Shown: positions 38,942-50,586, numbered from the whole stretch's first letter. The stretch is DNA of 63,708 bases, filler included, from Reticulomyxa filosa (GCA_000512085.1; 17 parts of 17 records of this genome joined end to end with filler, not necessarily neighbours in it); one strand, 5' to 3'. Notes: generated from the letters alone by a model not told the origin. Made by a program: numbers and translations.

Positions 38942-40503
38942 ATGCCTCATCGTGATCCTTGGCATGGAATCATTGATCCCAAGGTAGGAAGTAGCTTGTA
39001 ACTAATAACCAATTCACTTGCCTTGGTGCTGACTGTGTTTCTGTCGTTCCCCCTCCTTTTTTAAAAAGCTGAGACTAAAAAACCTCAAGGGTGTGGCAAT
39101 GATCAGTTTGCATGATGTTGTGTGTGTGACTGGAAGAAAAGAACGGACAAAAAATAGAAACATGCAAACAAAGGAGAGGGAGAAAACACACATACAAACA
39201 CACACATATACGCACAATAAAAACCAAATAGAAATAAAATAAAATAAAAATAAAAATAAAAAATCAAAAACAACAAAAAAAAAAAAAAAAAAAAAAAAAT
39301 TAGGATGAAACAGTGCCAGTGCGTTGGGTGGAATGGCGGACATTTGAAGCGTTGATACTCCACGAATACAAAGACGAGACGGACTTTACAAGAAAAATGG
39401 CACATGTGATGTCATTTTGTACACCGTTGGAATGTAACAAGATATTTGCATTGTGGCTGTCGTTGTCACAATTTCCAAATCATGCGTATTTGCATGGGAA
39501 TACGAAAGGCAAGCGAAAGAAAGGAGCATTGAAGCGAGAAGGACAAGAAGAGACAAGTGCAGTAGTGGAGCAGTGCAATAAGTATGCACCGATCCATATC
39601 AAGTTGATGGTATGTCAAGGCGATTACATGAGCAATACCACGATCGAATCGACGATGCAAGCAACGCAAGAGTATAGCACCGACAAAAAAGACGATTGGT
39701 ATTATTTCATTCAAATCTTTGAGGAAGAGCAATTCCACAAAGGCCCGTTAATGACCTATCGTATCGATCGCAATGGCGAGATTAGTGAGCTCGTGTGGAT
39801 CCAAAAGGGGCATTGCATCAATGGCACCGACATGCTTAAGCTGTTTTTGGTCTTTGCCGACTTTTTCCAATGCCAAGTTATTTATTTGATGGACGTGTCG
39901 CAAGTCATGCTCTCGCCCATCCATTGGCAGTCTTTTCATTCCAACTTTTCAACTCCATCCTTGCTACCCAATTTGGAGCCCTCCACCTCCTCCTCCTCCT
40001 CGCAGTCGCTACATGTATCCTCTGTCTCATTGTCCAATTCACAGCTGCAATCCCATTATCAGCAATCACAACATCATAATCATCATCATTATCAACAACA
40101 ACAACAACAACAACAAGCACAACATTCAACATCACATTATCATCATCCTCACCATCATCATCATCATCCTCCTCATCCTCATCCTCATCACCATCCTCCT
40201 CATCATCATCATTCCCATCATCAATATTCTTTCAATGATAAATCCATGTCTACACGCTATTCTTCTTCATGCGATACAATGGAGTGTGATCCACCCAATG
40301 TACCCTCCTCTTCTTCTTCCTCCTCTACTTTACATCTTTCCCATTCTCGCCATACCAATTCCACACACAAATGCTCCTTTCATTCCACCTTTCAAAATAA
40401 AAAAAAATCCAGCCATTCCTCAAAAAAAGCCTATTTGCGGCTTATTCATGCGCTTGCTTCCAAAGACGGCAAAGTTTTGCACACTTTTTTTTTTTTTTTT
40501 TTT
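38942..40503 (+). CDS. Orphan protein with a possible divergent GNAT-like fold and an H/Q/S-rich insertion; 3' truncated
   Basis: Exon 1 38942-38983 (MPHRDPWHGIIDPK) joins in phase to 39304 (DETVPVRW). The core reads ELVWIQKGHCINGTDMLKLFLVFADFFQCQVIYLMDVSQV, followed by a poly-H/Q insert and then YLRLIHALASKDGK. Confidence 0.7.
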
Positions 40504-41149
40504 NNNNNNNNNNNNNNNNNNNNNNNNNNNNNNNNNNNNNNNNNNNNTTAATTAATTAANNNNNNNNNNNNNNNNNNNNNNNNNNNNNNNNNNNNNNNNN
40601 NNNCTAGTTAAAAGAGCACCTCGTCCCAAAAGGAACACAATACTCAAATAAAAACAAAAGCAATGGAAAAGATCTACAAAATTGTTAAAACAATCAACGG
40701 TTGTGAAAACAATTTGACTCTCCCCTATGGAAGTCAGGGAGAATTATAGGAGTGTTGCTCAACTGAATTCTTTGAGCCTTGTTTTCGAAGTATTGAAGTC
40801 TCATAAAATATTGAGATTCGCTTCTTTTAACAAATTAGAAAAAACTAAGATAAAAATTAAAATTTAATACTTAAAATAATCAATTGTGTGAATGTTTAAG
40901 TTGTTCAATTTTTTACTTGCGAGCTTTGTTTGGTCTTTCTATTCGTTTTAACCTCTGTTTTCAGAAATTTCGCTTGGTATACTCGTTGTTCGATATCTGA
41001 TCTTACGAAATATCGCAAGATCAGACATATACGATAAAAAAAAATTTTGCTAGTTGAAAAAAATTTTCTTATTAGTTTGAAAAGTTTGTTTCATTTGTCT
41101 TTGTCTTTGTTTCTGTTTTCGCACCAATATTGTTGAAGAAAATCGTTGT

Positions 41150-41603
41150 TGATAATCGAAGATTAACTTCGAACTTCTTTCAGATACTGCTAGATGTTGC
41201 AGTAACTAGTTGTTTTGTGCTTATTTTTCTTCAAATACAACTTTTTTTCAAAAGTTTATATCGATGATGTGAATAACAGGACAAATAATTGAATTACTGT
41301 CTTTTCTTGTTCCGCAAACTTACATTTATTTTTCTTCACACAATCTTTTGTAAAGTAGTTCAATCCAAAACAATTCTTGCGTTGATGAAAATGTGATCTT
41401 GGTCTACTTCGAAATTTATCAAAGTATTCACATTTAGCTACATTAAATCCAATACAAATGTTTTTCTCTTGAATTGCTTGTTTGGCATTATTTGGTAATC
41501 TTTCCATTTCTCAAAATTAAACTCAATTTCTTCAAGAGTTTCTTTGATTTATTGTTCTGATTCTCGAATAGATACATTCTTGAACAGAACAATTTTGTTG
41601 ATA
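41150..41603 (-). mobile_element. Decayed LINE (I/Jockey-like) ORF1 with a degenerate CCHC knuckle
   Basis: NVSIRESEQ*IKETLEE...AKQAIQEKNICIGFNVAKCEYFDKFRSRPRSHFHQ[R]KNCFGLN[Y]FTKDCVKKNKCKF, that is QCxxCxxxxHxxxxC with C>R and H>Y substitutions. Confidence 0.7.
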
Positions 41604-41703
41604 NNNNNNNNNNNNNNNNNNNNNNNNNNNNNNNNNNNNNNNNNNNNTTAATTAATTAANNNNNNNNNNNNNNNNNNNNNNNNNNNNNNNNNNNNNNNNN
41701 NNN

Positions 41704-41940
41704 CATTGCCATTGACATGTTCAAACGCACACACAACGACTTTGCTATCATCGCTAGCTATCCCAAAGCCACAGGCAACGATCTGGTGCAATGGAGACCA
41801 CCTTTGTCCGACTCCGATACCAGCATTGTTGCCATTTGCAAAACCAAACAATTGTCCAATAACTACATGTTCAAATACGATAGAAGACATTACATTGACA
41901 ATCCCGGAAAGCCTGTCTTGACCCCATTTTTTTCTGCTGG
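41704..41940 (+). CDS. Fragment resembling GT60-family alpha-GlcNAc transferases
   Basis: IDMFKRTHNDFAIIASYPKA...ICK...PGKPVLTPFFSAG resembles the AxLSxYP...C...P....FxxAG segment of GT60. No downstream exon was found. Confidence 0.45.
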
Positions 41941-42583
41941 TCTTTTTAATATATATTTTATTGCAAAAAAAACGTAATTGCTTTTGTAACTTTTTTTTTC
42001 ATAACTCTTCAAAATTGGGAAAGAAAAATAAAAATATTGTATTTGTTGTCGAGTTTTTGTGTAATTTTTGACGAAATTGCTTAATTTGTTTATCAATTTA
42101 ATTATTTTTGTTCATCATTTCTGGATTTTCACTTTTATCAAGACAACTAGTATTAAAACATAGTCATATCCAGTAAGAAATGAAAATACTTTAAGCAAAT
42201 TTTAAAAAAGTTTTTTTATTTACACACAATGTCAATATGGAGTAAGAATTGAAATTTCAAGAAATTGTGGAAGTATCACGACCCAAGCACGTTGTTTGCA
42301 TATTAGTTTTTTCAAAAAAAAAAAAAAAGCTAAGATAAAAAATTTGTGAAAAAATGGACTCGTGTTTTGAAACATAATCTTTCGCCCTTCAATATTTCCA
42401 AAACAAATGCTGATGGCATTTCACGGTTTGCTTGAAAATGAAAAAGAAAAAAAAATAATCTTTTACTAGAAAAAAGACAAGACAAAAAAAAAAACATTAA
42501 TAATAAATCTTTTGAAATTAAGAGCTGTTCCATTCACAATGAATAAATATAACAAAAGTAAATATTTATAATCGGTATATTTG

Positions 42584-43870
42584 CTAGACATTTGATTTGT
42601 TTTGGCCAATCGGAATCAATGATATAAGTTGTGATTTTTGGCTTGTGGTTGTTTTCTTAGGTTTAGGAACCCAAGTGTAAAGCAAGAATATCACATGCAG
42701 AAAAGTCCAAATGGGAAAATACACCAAGACGAATGGAATGTCACTCCTTTCATAAGAATCGCTTCCTTTTTGGCCACGAGAACACAATACCGAAATCTCG
42801 AAGCAGAATCCGGCAATGAGAGCCACACAAACGACCCCTCCGCAGATCATTAAATTGCGCAAGCGTTTAATTCCCTTTGTTTGTTTTAATGAGCAATATT
42901 TTTGCAAAAGCTACAAGGAAAATAGCAAACAAAAAAAAAAAACGTAGTCTATTCGTTTCACCGTTTGCAAGCGTTCAGACATAGATTGTGATGTACTACT
43001 TCTGCTTCGTGAGAAAACACGCATGGATCGTTTTCGAACGACGTTCATAACATAAATACAAAGTAGAATCATAACAAATGCAATAAATTTCCACAATGCA
43101 TACAATGCGGATTGTGCTTTGTACTGATGGAAAACCCAACCAACAAGAGTACCACACCAATTGCTCAAAATGCATAGTGTCCATAACACTTCAATGCTTC
43201 TCCAAAATTTTGGAGTGATCAATTCTTCACGGATTTTGCTTATCGTTCCACGAAGTCTCGAAGTGCTGCTTTTTGGAGTTATCAAACTTATTATTATTTG
43301 TCCATATTATGTACCGATCGAGTCAAAAAAAAAAAAAAAGAAAAACAATCACAACATTGATGAATAACTTGGAAAAACTGTTGTCAAGAAGGTGGACAGA
43401 GTCTTGCTTGGGGGTTGGGCTCAGAAAACTGGAGCTTGAACTTAGATTGCCTGCAGGGGTCTCCAAATTGTTACAACTGTCGGACGGTGAATGGTTTGGT
43501 GGTGGCTGATATGCACTGTCGTTCTTCGGGCGTGTGCTGGCAATAAATGTTCCCAGATATGCCTCTATCATTTTATTGCTCAAATAACCAAATCCAAATG
43601 TAAACATTGGAATCCACAGTTGCCAAAATCCTTCATGTATCAACGGGATCTGAAGAAAATAACCAGTAAACGCGCCAATTTGCAACAAAACACAAACTAA
43701 TGTTACATAACGCATTTTCCATAACCGTTTTACTTGTTCTGGTGCTGACTGCTGACGATACAATATCAGCAATGACGCGAATAACAACCATAACATGATA
43801 ATATACAACAACACCCAAAATACCAGTTCTCCATTTTGGAAGTTGGAATTCTTCCACAATGACATAGGAA
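42584..43870 (-). CDS. 7TM receptor-like membrane protein (3 exons)
   Basis: Seven hydrophobic helices across ORFs 43323-43901 (3), 42911-43285 (2) and 42584-42907 (2), with a basic loop (KRLRNLM) before TM6. Confidence 0.7.
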
Positions 43871-44658
43871 CCGATTCCTGGAACAAAAAGATGGGCCACA
43901 AAATTGACCAATTGCCCTGCGTTCAAGTTAATGTTCAGCTCGTACAAGCTGTGAATTTTATCAAATATTGGAAATATGCACAACTTCCATATTAAGGCAA
44001 ATACTCCTAAATTATTCAAATGCAAAAGACAAATTAGTGATTTTTTGTTTGCGTTTTATATCATGTTCTACTTTTAAAAAATTGTTACAGCTTGCTTTAT
44101 TGTGAAAAGTGATTTTTTTCTCAATAAAAAAATACGATGAATTTCTAAAATCATATTTTTATAAGCAAATTGAACAACAACATATCTAGAAAACACGATA
44201 AAAAAACAAATGATTAAAATACAAGTAAAATATCAAAAAACATAATAGCATCATACAATTCATTGCTTAATATATTCCTTGTTGTATCTTTTGTTAGGAT
44301 ATCTTTTATTTAACAATAATTTCACGAGATTGATTTTTCCTTGATCATTGGTTTTATAATAATCTCCAGAGACAATTAAACACTTACAAAAATTAAGTAT
44401 TTTCATAAATTAGTTCTATACTCGATAGAATATTTTGTTGAAAGTGAATTTTGCTGACTGAAAGTCAAAAGTGGACTTGAATCAAGTAAGTTTTTTTGAA
44501 ATTATAAAATAAATGCACAAGAAATTTTATAAAGCAAAAAACTGGATGTTAAGCTAAATTGTTCACAAACTGAAGAAAAATGAGAAACGAAAAATGTGGA
44601 TAAATTTGAGTAGATTGTGCTTAACTTATGATCAAACAGAAAAAACACGATAAAATTT

Positions 44659-46909
44659 TTACGTAAATTGCTTGGACTCAAAGATGAAAGTGTGATCAGT
44701 GAATTGAATTTCCATATTACGTTTAGATTTATCGATATTTTGTTGAATGTATTGCATCATTTGATTGAATGAATAACCACGATCGTATTTAAATTTAATT
44801 GTATTTTTGAGGGATTGACTGAATAATGGAAAATGATCTATTTCATTTTCTTTTATTATTGACCAAATTGTGACAAAATCATGACAAAATTGTTGAACAT
44901 GTTGTTGTTTTTGCCTTTTTATTCGAATGTTATGTGGAATTGATAAACCATAATTATTCGTATGACAAGCATCAATAATAAGTAGTTTAGGACATGATTG
45001 AAAAGATTCCATTTGCTCAGGGCAAAATAATGAAAAAATATCTTCATAAATAGAGATAAAATTTCCATCACTTGTAATTAATGTATTTTTATTATTGATA
45101 TATCCAGAGATAATAATAATTAAACTATCAAATTCATTAATATTTTTACGAAGTTTATAAGTAACAATAACATTACGTAAGAATTCTTGGATATCTTGTT
45201 TATCCATTTTTAATTGTTCATTATGAATAAATGTATAATTTAATTGTTCTTCAAATAATTGTTGATAATTATTGATATGAGTATTTTTAATACTTTTAAA
45301 AATCAACATATTCACAAATTCCAATCATTATTACTAATGCATTATTTATTATTTTTATTTTTTCATTTGTTATTGTTTTGAGTGATGTCCAATTTATTTT
45401 AAATAACGTTTCATTATTTTCAAACGCTTTTATTATATCTCCATTTGATTTAATTTGCTGTTCATTTTTCACATTAATCACTTCTATTGTCTGATTAGCC
45501 ATCTTTTCAATTTCCCCTTCTTCAAAATTGTTATAACATTCACGCATTAATTCTTCAAATGTCAATTTTTTCATTTTTATCATTTTTTTTTTCCCATCAA
45601 TTATTATATACGCTGTTGTCTGTTATATATATATGTATATATATATATATCACATATTTCAAATAATAGCAAGACAAATCTTAACCCCTTCATTGCAATC
45701 TTCATTGTCCTATTTCAATTCATATACATTCAATTCATTGTCTTTTTTGTTTTGATTTATTTTTAAGAGAATAAATATACAAAATCCAATGAGATAGCTA
45801 TTCACATTGTCATTTAATTGCAATCTTTTTATTTCATCATCTTTTTCTTTTTTATCTAGTCCATTCATGGTCCATATATTTACTTTTGTCCTCAGATGCG
45901 TTGTTATACCACCATCTCCATTGCTACCTCCAATTATGTGTATATAAGTATTGTCTTCACTCAATATCCCAGAACAATAATATGATGGAATAGGCAAAGT
46001 ATGCTCAAATGTAGTCCAAGTTTTTTCTTTTATTGAATATTTGTGTATCGCATTTGAAATAATCTTATCTGAACCATTCCCACCATTCCATCCACCAAAA
46101 AACAATATCGTGTCATTAATATACACATATGCATAATCACTAAATGATGCAATATCATCACAAACAGGTAAGTCATTACATTGAAATGTATTATTATCTT
46201 CATCATATTCAATTGATAATCCTGTTTTATTTTGAAATAACAACATTTCATTCTTTTTCATACGTCTTTTCATATATCCTAATTTATTTGTCGTTTTCAA
46301 TATAAAACAGTGATAATTTATACAATCAATTACTGGCAGAGTATCGCGTTTGATATATTGAAATGTATTCAAATTAAATACATCAATATTTTCTCCAAAA
46401 TGAGTGATAAACAATAAATGATTATTACTTCCACCAATCACTCCACGTGCTCCTCTATGATTTTCTTTATCTCTGCCAATTAAAACAGGTTTATCATTGT
46501 TATCAGTGAAAGGAATCCATTTATTTACTTGTTTTATGTTTGCAATATCATTTTGATCTTCCTTCCAAACGCTCGTATACTTCATTATCAATGTATGTCT
46601 TTTTACACGTTCTGACCCACCAAAAGATAATAAAATAATTTCATTCGGATTATTTTCATTTACGCGCTTCACTACACAATGTACATCTAATCGAACATCA
46701 TTTGGATAAGAGCAAATCTCTTTATACTGATTTTTGATTGCATGATAGGAATAACATTTATTACGCCCTTGACCACCACAAATGAGAATTTCGTGTTTAT
46801 AAGCAACGCATTGAGTATGAAAAAGTGACGTAGGCAAAGATAAAGTCTCAAAAGGAGTCGTACTATCTATATTCAAGGTTTCTTGCGTGTTGGTATCAAT
46901 TGAATCCAT
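44659..46909 (-). CDS. Kelch-like beta-propeller + PB1/ubiquitin-like + caspase-like (C14) fusion protein; one apparent frameshift near 45297
   Basis: The Kelch-like exon has QCVAYKHEILICGG, LLSFGG, ILFFGG and IHIIGG. Phase-0 exons are 45709-45686 and 45620 onward. The middle domain reads LTFEELMREC...IKSNGDIIKAF. The caspase fold reads NALVIMIGICEY, FDSLIIIISGY, LITSDG and CPKLLIIDAC. Confidence 0.82.
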
Positions 46910-47363
46910 TTTAATTGTCAAATGTATGGTTTTTTTGCTTGTTTTTGGAGTGATTGCCCTTGAAGCACTAAAAAACAACTACTACTCTAAAAAAAGCACT
47001 CCAGCGTTGTTATATCCCACTCGAAAAATTGGAGTGAAAAATGTTGAATGATTAACCTTTGCAGTGTTTCTGTGAAAAAAGATACTATTTAAAAGAGAAA
47101 CATCAAAGAAATACAACAACTCAAAGATTCTAAAAGTTTTATCTAATGACACAAAACGAATACATTAGAACGTAGTTGTGATTTATCAATTCACATACAC
47201 TTGTGTTGTTCCTTAATCTAAAGTGAAAGACATAATTTATTTCATAATCGTAAATATTTAAACAGCTGCTCTTTTTACAAGAAAACTACTAATTCAAATT
47301 CGTCTTTTCAAATCAAAAGTTCTGTTTGAAATTTTTACTATTCTAGTGGCATAAAGTAGAGAC

Positions 47364-48203
47364 ATGTATCTTGCATCTCCTTTTGAACCACTTTCTAGGC
47401 ACTTGAACGTGGTCAATGTGTAATCCACAAAAATGAAATTCTCATTTGTGGAGGTCATTATACCAAAAAGATTATTATTCACATGATGAAATACACAAGT
47501 GTTTGGGAAGAAGGAAAAATAAATAAGCATTTTAATGAATGGATTCAAATGGTTGATAATAAAAATAAATTTATCAGTTCAATATGATGAAAATAAGAAC
47601 ATATTTACTTTTGATAAATTACAAATTTGTATAAATATTAAAAGACTTTTCTTGTACATTTCGAATATTATATCGATATATAGAACGTACAAACGGTGTA
47701 TTAGTTGCACAATTTTCACTATGTAGGAACAGTTGTGGCGACTAAGTGTAATACGAAAGGAACGTAGTTCCGCAAGTAAATCTCAGTAAAAAGAAAGTAA
47801 ATTAATAAGAATAATTACAACGAAACAAAAAAAAGAGCAAAAGACAAGAAAGTGTGTTGTGTGAGAAAGTTTAGCCTACTGGGGGCTCCAGGATTCCATT
47901 AGAACTTTGGCACTCATAACAGGGACTTGCCCAACAACTAGACAATAAATTTTTTATTTATTGCTCAAAGACGCAGCAATTCGAATATGGAACATAATTT
48001 AGTAAGAATTAAAAGAACATATAGATATTGTAACAGCGTAAAATATTCACCAGAAGTATTTGTTTTGGGATGTAAAATCATGAACAGAAATTCAAGAACT
48101 GGGAAGATATTATTACATATGATAGGAGGATATCTCATCTGATGGAAAAAATGATTGTTACATTATCAAAAGATAATACAATTCAATTTTGGAGATTATT
48201 GTA
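47364..48203 (+). pseudogene. Deletion-collapsed Kelch-WD40 pseudogene with an internal insertion
   Basis: Colinear remnants SPFEPL / QCVIHKNEILICGG / MKYTSVWEE / LSVQYDENKNIFTFDKLQIC, then WD40 remnants IRIWN / FWDVKS / SSDGK / SKDNTIQFWRLL*, in the same order as the gene at 48326-50586. Confidence 0.8.
47852..47945. repeat. Dispersed ~90-nt repeat, copy 2, within a ~270-nt insertion in the pseudogene
   Basis: Diverged match to 31405-31490. Confidence 0.6.
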
Positions 48204-48325
48204 AAAAAGACATAACAAAACAAATTTGATTTCTCTTGACGACAACAAGTTGACCCTGAAAAAACTTTTTTTTTAAATTTCACCCCCGTTTTAATAAACT
48301 AACTTGATAATTTCTCTACATTAAA

Positions 48326-49662
48326 ATGCTCTCTAATACTCTGTTTGATACTTTGACCCCCTTACCTCTTTTACTTGCTAATGGCAAAAATGTAGTAACT
48401 CACAAAAATGAACTACTACTCTGTGGTGGCCAAGAGGATAAATCTTGTTATTCTTATAATGTGCTTCGTAATGAATATAAATTGATTTGTTCTTATCCAA
48501 GAAATATAATGTTATATGATCATTGTGTAGTAAAATATAATAATAAAGATTCAGATACGATTACATTATTATCATTTGGTGGTTATTATAATCATACATT
48601 GATAATGAATTATGTAAGTGTGTGGGATGATGAAAATGATGAAAAAAAAATTGAAAATAAATGGTTACCACTTTTTGATAATAAAAAGAATAAAATTTGT
48701 ATTAAAAAAGAAAATAATGAAAGTGATTATTATAAATTAAATGCAGTAATTAATGAAAATAATAATAATTTATTATTTATTACTTATTCTCCAAAAAATA
48801 TTGATATATTTAATTTAGATACATTTGAATATATAAAACGTGATATATTACCAATTGAAAAAATATATACAAATAATAATTTAGTATCAAAAAATATAAT
48901 GAAATCAATTGATAATAATAATAAAAATGAGATGTTTTTATTTTATGAAAAAGGAGGATTATTAATAGAATATGATGAAATAAATAATATATTTAAATAT
49001 CAATTTTTACAATTTTGTACAACAATTCGTTCATTTACATCTTATTCATGTATATATATTGATAATTTTATATTATTTTTTGGTGGACATAATTATGGAT
49101 ATATTACAAATATTATTCATAGATATTCTATTAATGAAAAGAAATGGACACAATTAGAGAAAATATTACCTTATCCATTACGAGATGGTATTACAATATT
49201 AAATGAAGAAACTGAATATTTACATATTCTTGGAGGATTAGATGAAGATTATAATATTATGTCAACACATATAAAAACTAATATAAAAGAATGGATTAAA
49301 TTAGAAACAGAGAAAGAGAAAAGATGGATAATAGAAGAACAAGAAAAAATAAAAATTGAAGAGATTAGAAAAGAATTAGAAGATATGGGAGAAAGTATTT
49401 CAACAAAAAAAATAAAAGTTAATAATTATATAATATACATATATATATATACACATATACATATATATTTAAAAAAATAATTTTAATATAGAAAAAAAAA
49501 GAAATTGAAATGATACTTGAATATTGGCATCGATCATTATCTATTAAAATGAATTGGAATAATATTTTTAGTGATATGATTTCAGGATATATTTTGGTAT
49601 AACAAAAATATATTTATTTTTTTTTATGTTTTATTTAAATTAAATATAATAATAATAAATAA

Positions 49663-49693
<31 letters not shown>

Positions 49694-50586
49694 AGATGAA
49701 ATATTTTAAACCATGGAAAATTCTTAAAGGACATTCAGATATAATTCATAGTGTAAAATTTTCATCAAATTCTAAAAAAATTATTTCATCTTCATTAGAT
49801 GGAACAATTCGAATATGGGATATTACATTAGGAATAAATATTCAAATATTAAAAGGACATTTACAATGGATTAATGATGCAGAATTTTCATTAGATGAAA
49901 CTATGATAATATCTTGTTCTAATGATAAAAGTATAATATTATGGGATACAAAATCAGGAAAAAAAATAAAAAAATTTGAAGGACATACAAATAGTGTAAC
50001 ATGTTCTAAATTTATATATAATGGAAAAAATATTTTATCTGGTTCATTAGATCATACAATAAAAATATGGGATATAAAATCTGGAAAAGAAATAAAAACT
50101 TTACAAGGACATTCAGGAGGTATAAATGATATACAATTTTCATCAAATGAACAATATATTGTATCATCATCAAATGATAATACAATTGGAATTTGGAATA
50201 TAAAAACTAGTGAAAAAATACATACATTAAAAGGTCATTCTGGTTATGTAACAAAATCAACATTTTCAAATGATGATCATCTTATTATATCATGTTCTTC
50301 AGATAGAACAATTCGAATATGGAATGTATTAACAGGAAAAGAATTACAAAGATTTGGAGATCATACTGATGTTGTAAATGGTGCATTTTTTTTTCCTAAT
50401 AGACAAACAATTGTATCTTGTTCACTTGATAAATCAATTCGATTATGGGATATTCAATTTGGAATAACAACACAAATATTAAAAGGACATAGTAGAGGTT
50501 TAACAGGATTAGCTATTTCATCAAATGGTAATATAATTGCATCATCATCTAATGATGGAACTATTCGTTTATGGCGACCATTGTGA
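48326..50586 (+). CDS. Kelch-like propeller + helical linker + 7x WD40 fusion protein (exons 48326-49417, 49492-49597, 49696-50586)
   Basis: Kelch-like HKNELLLCGG, LLSFGG, ILFFGG and LHILGG motifs. The mini-exon reads KKKEIEMILEYWHRSLSIKMNWNNIFSDMISGYIL. Seven GH...WD repeats follow. Both introns are phase 0, GT-AG. Confidence 0.9.

Noticed and set aside
45710-45712. In-frame TAG ending the Kelch ORF, as a true stop or recoded codon
   Set aside because: It is better explained as the AG acceptor of an intron preceding a 24-nt phase-0 exon.
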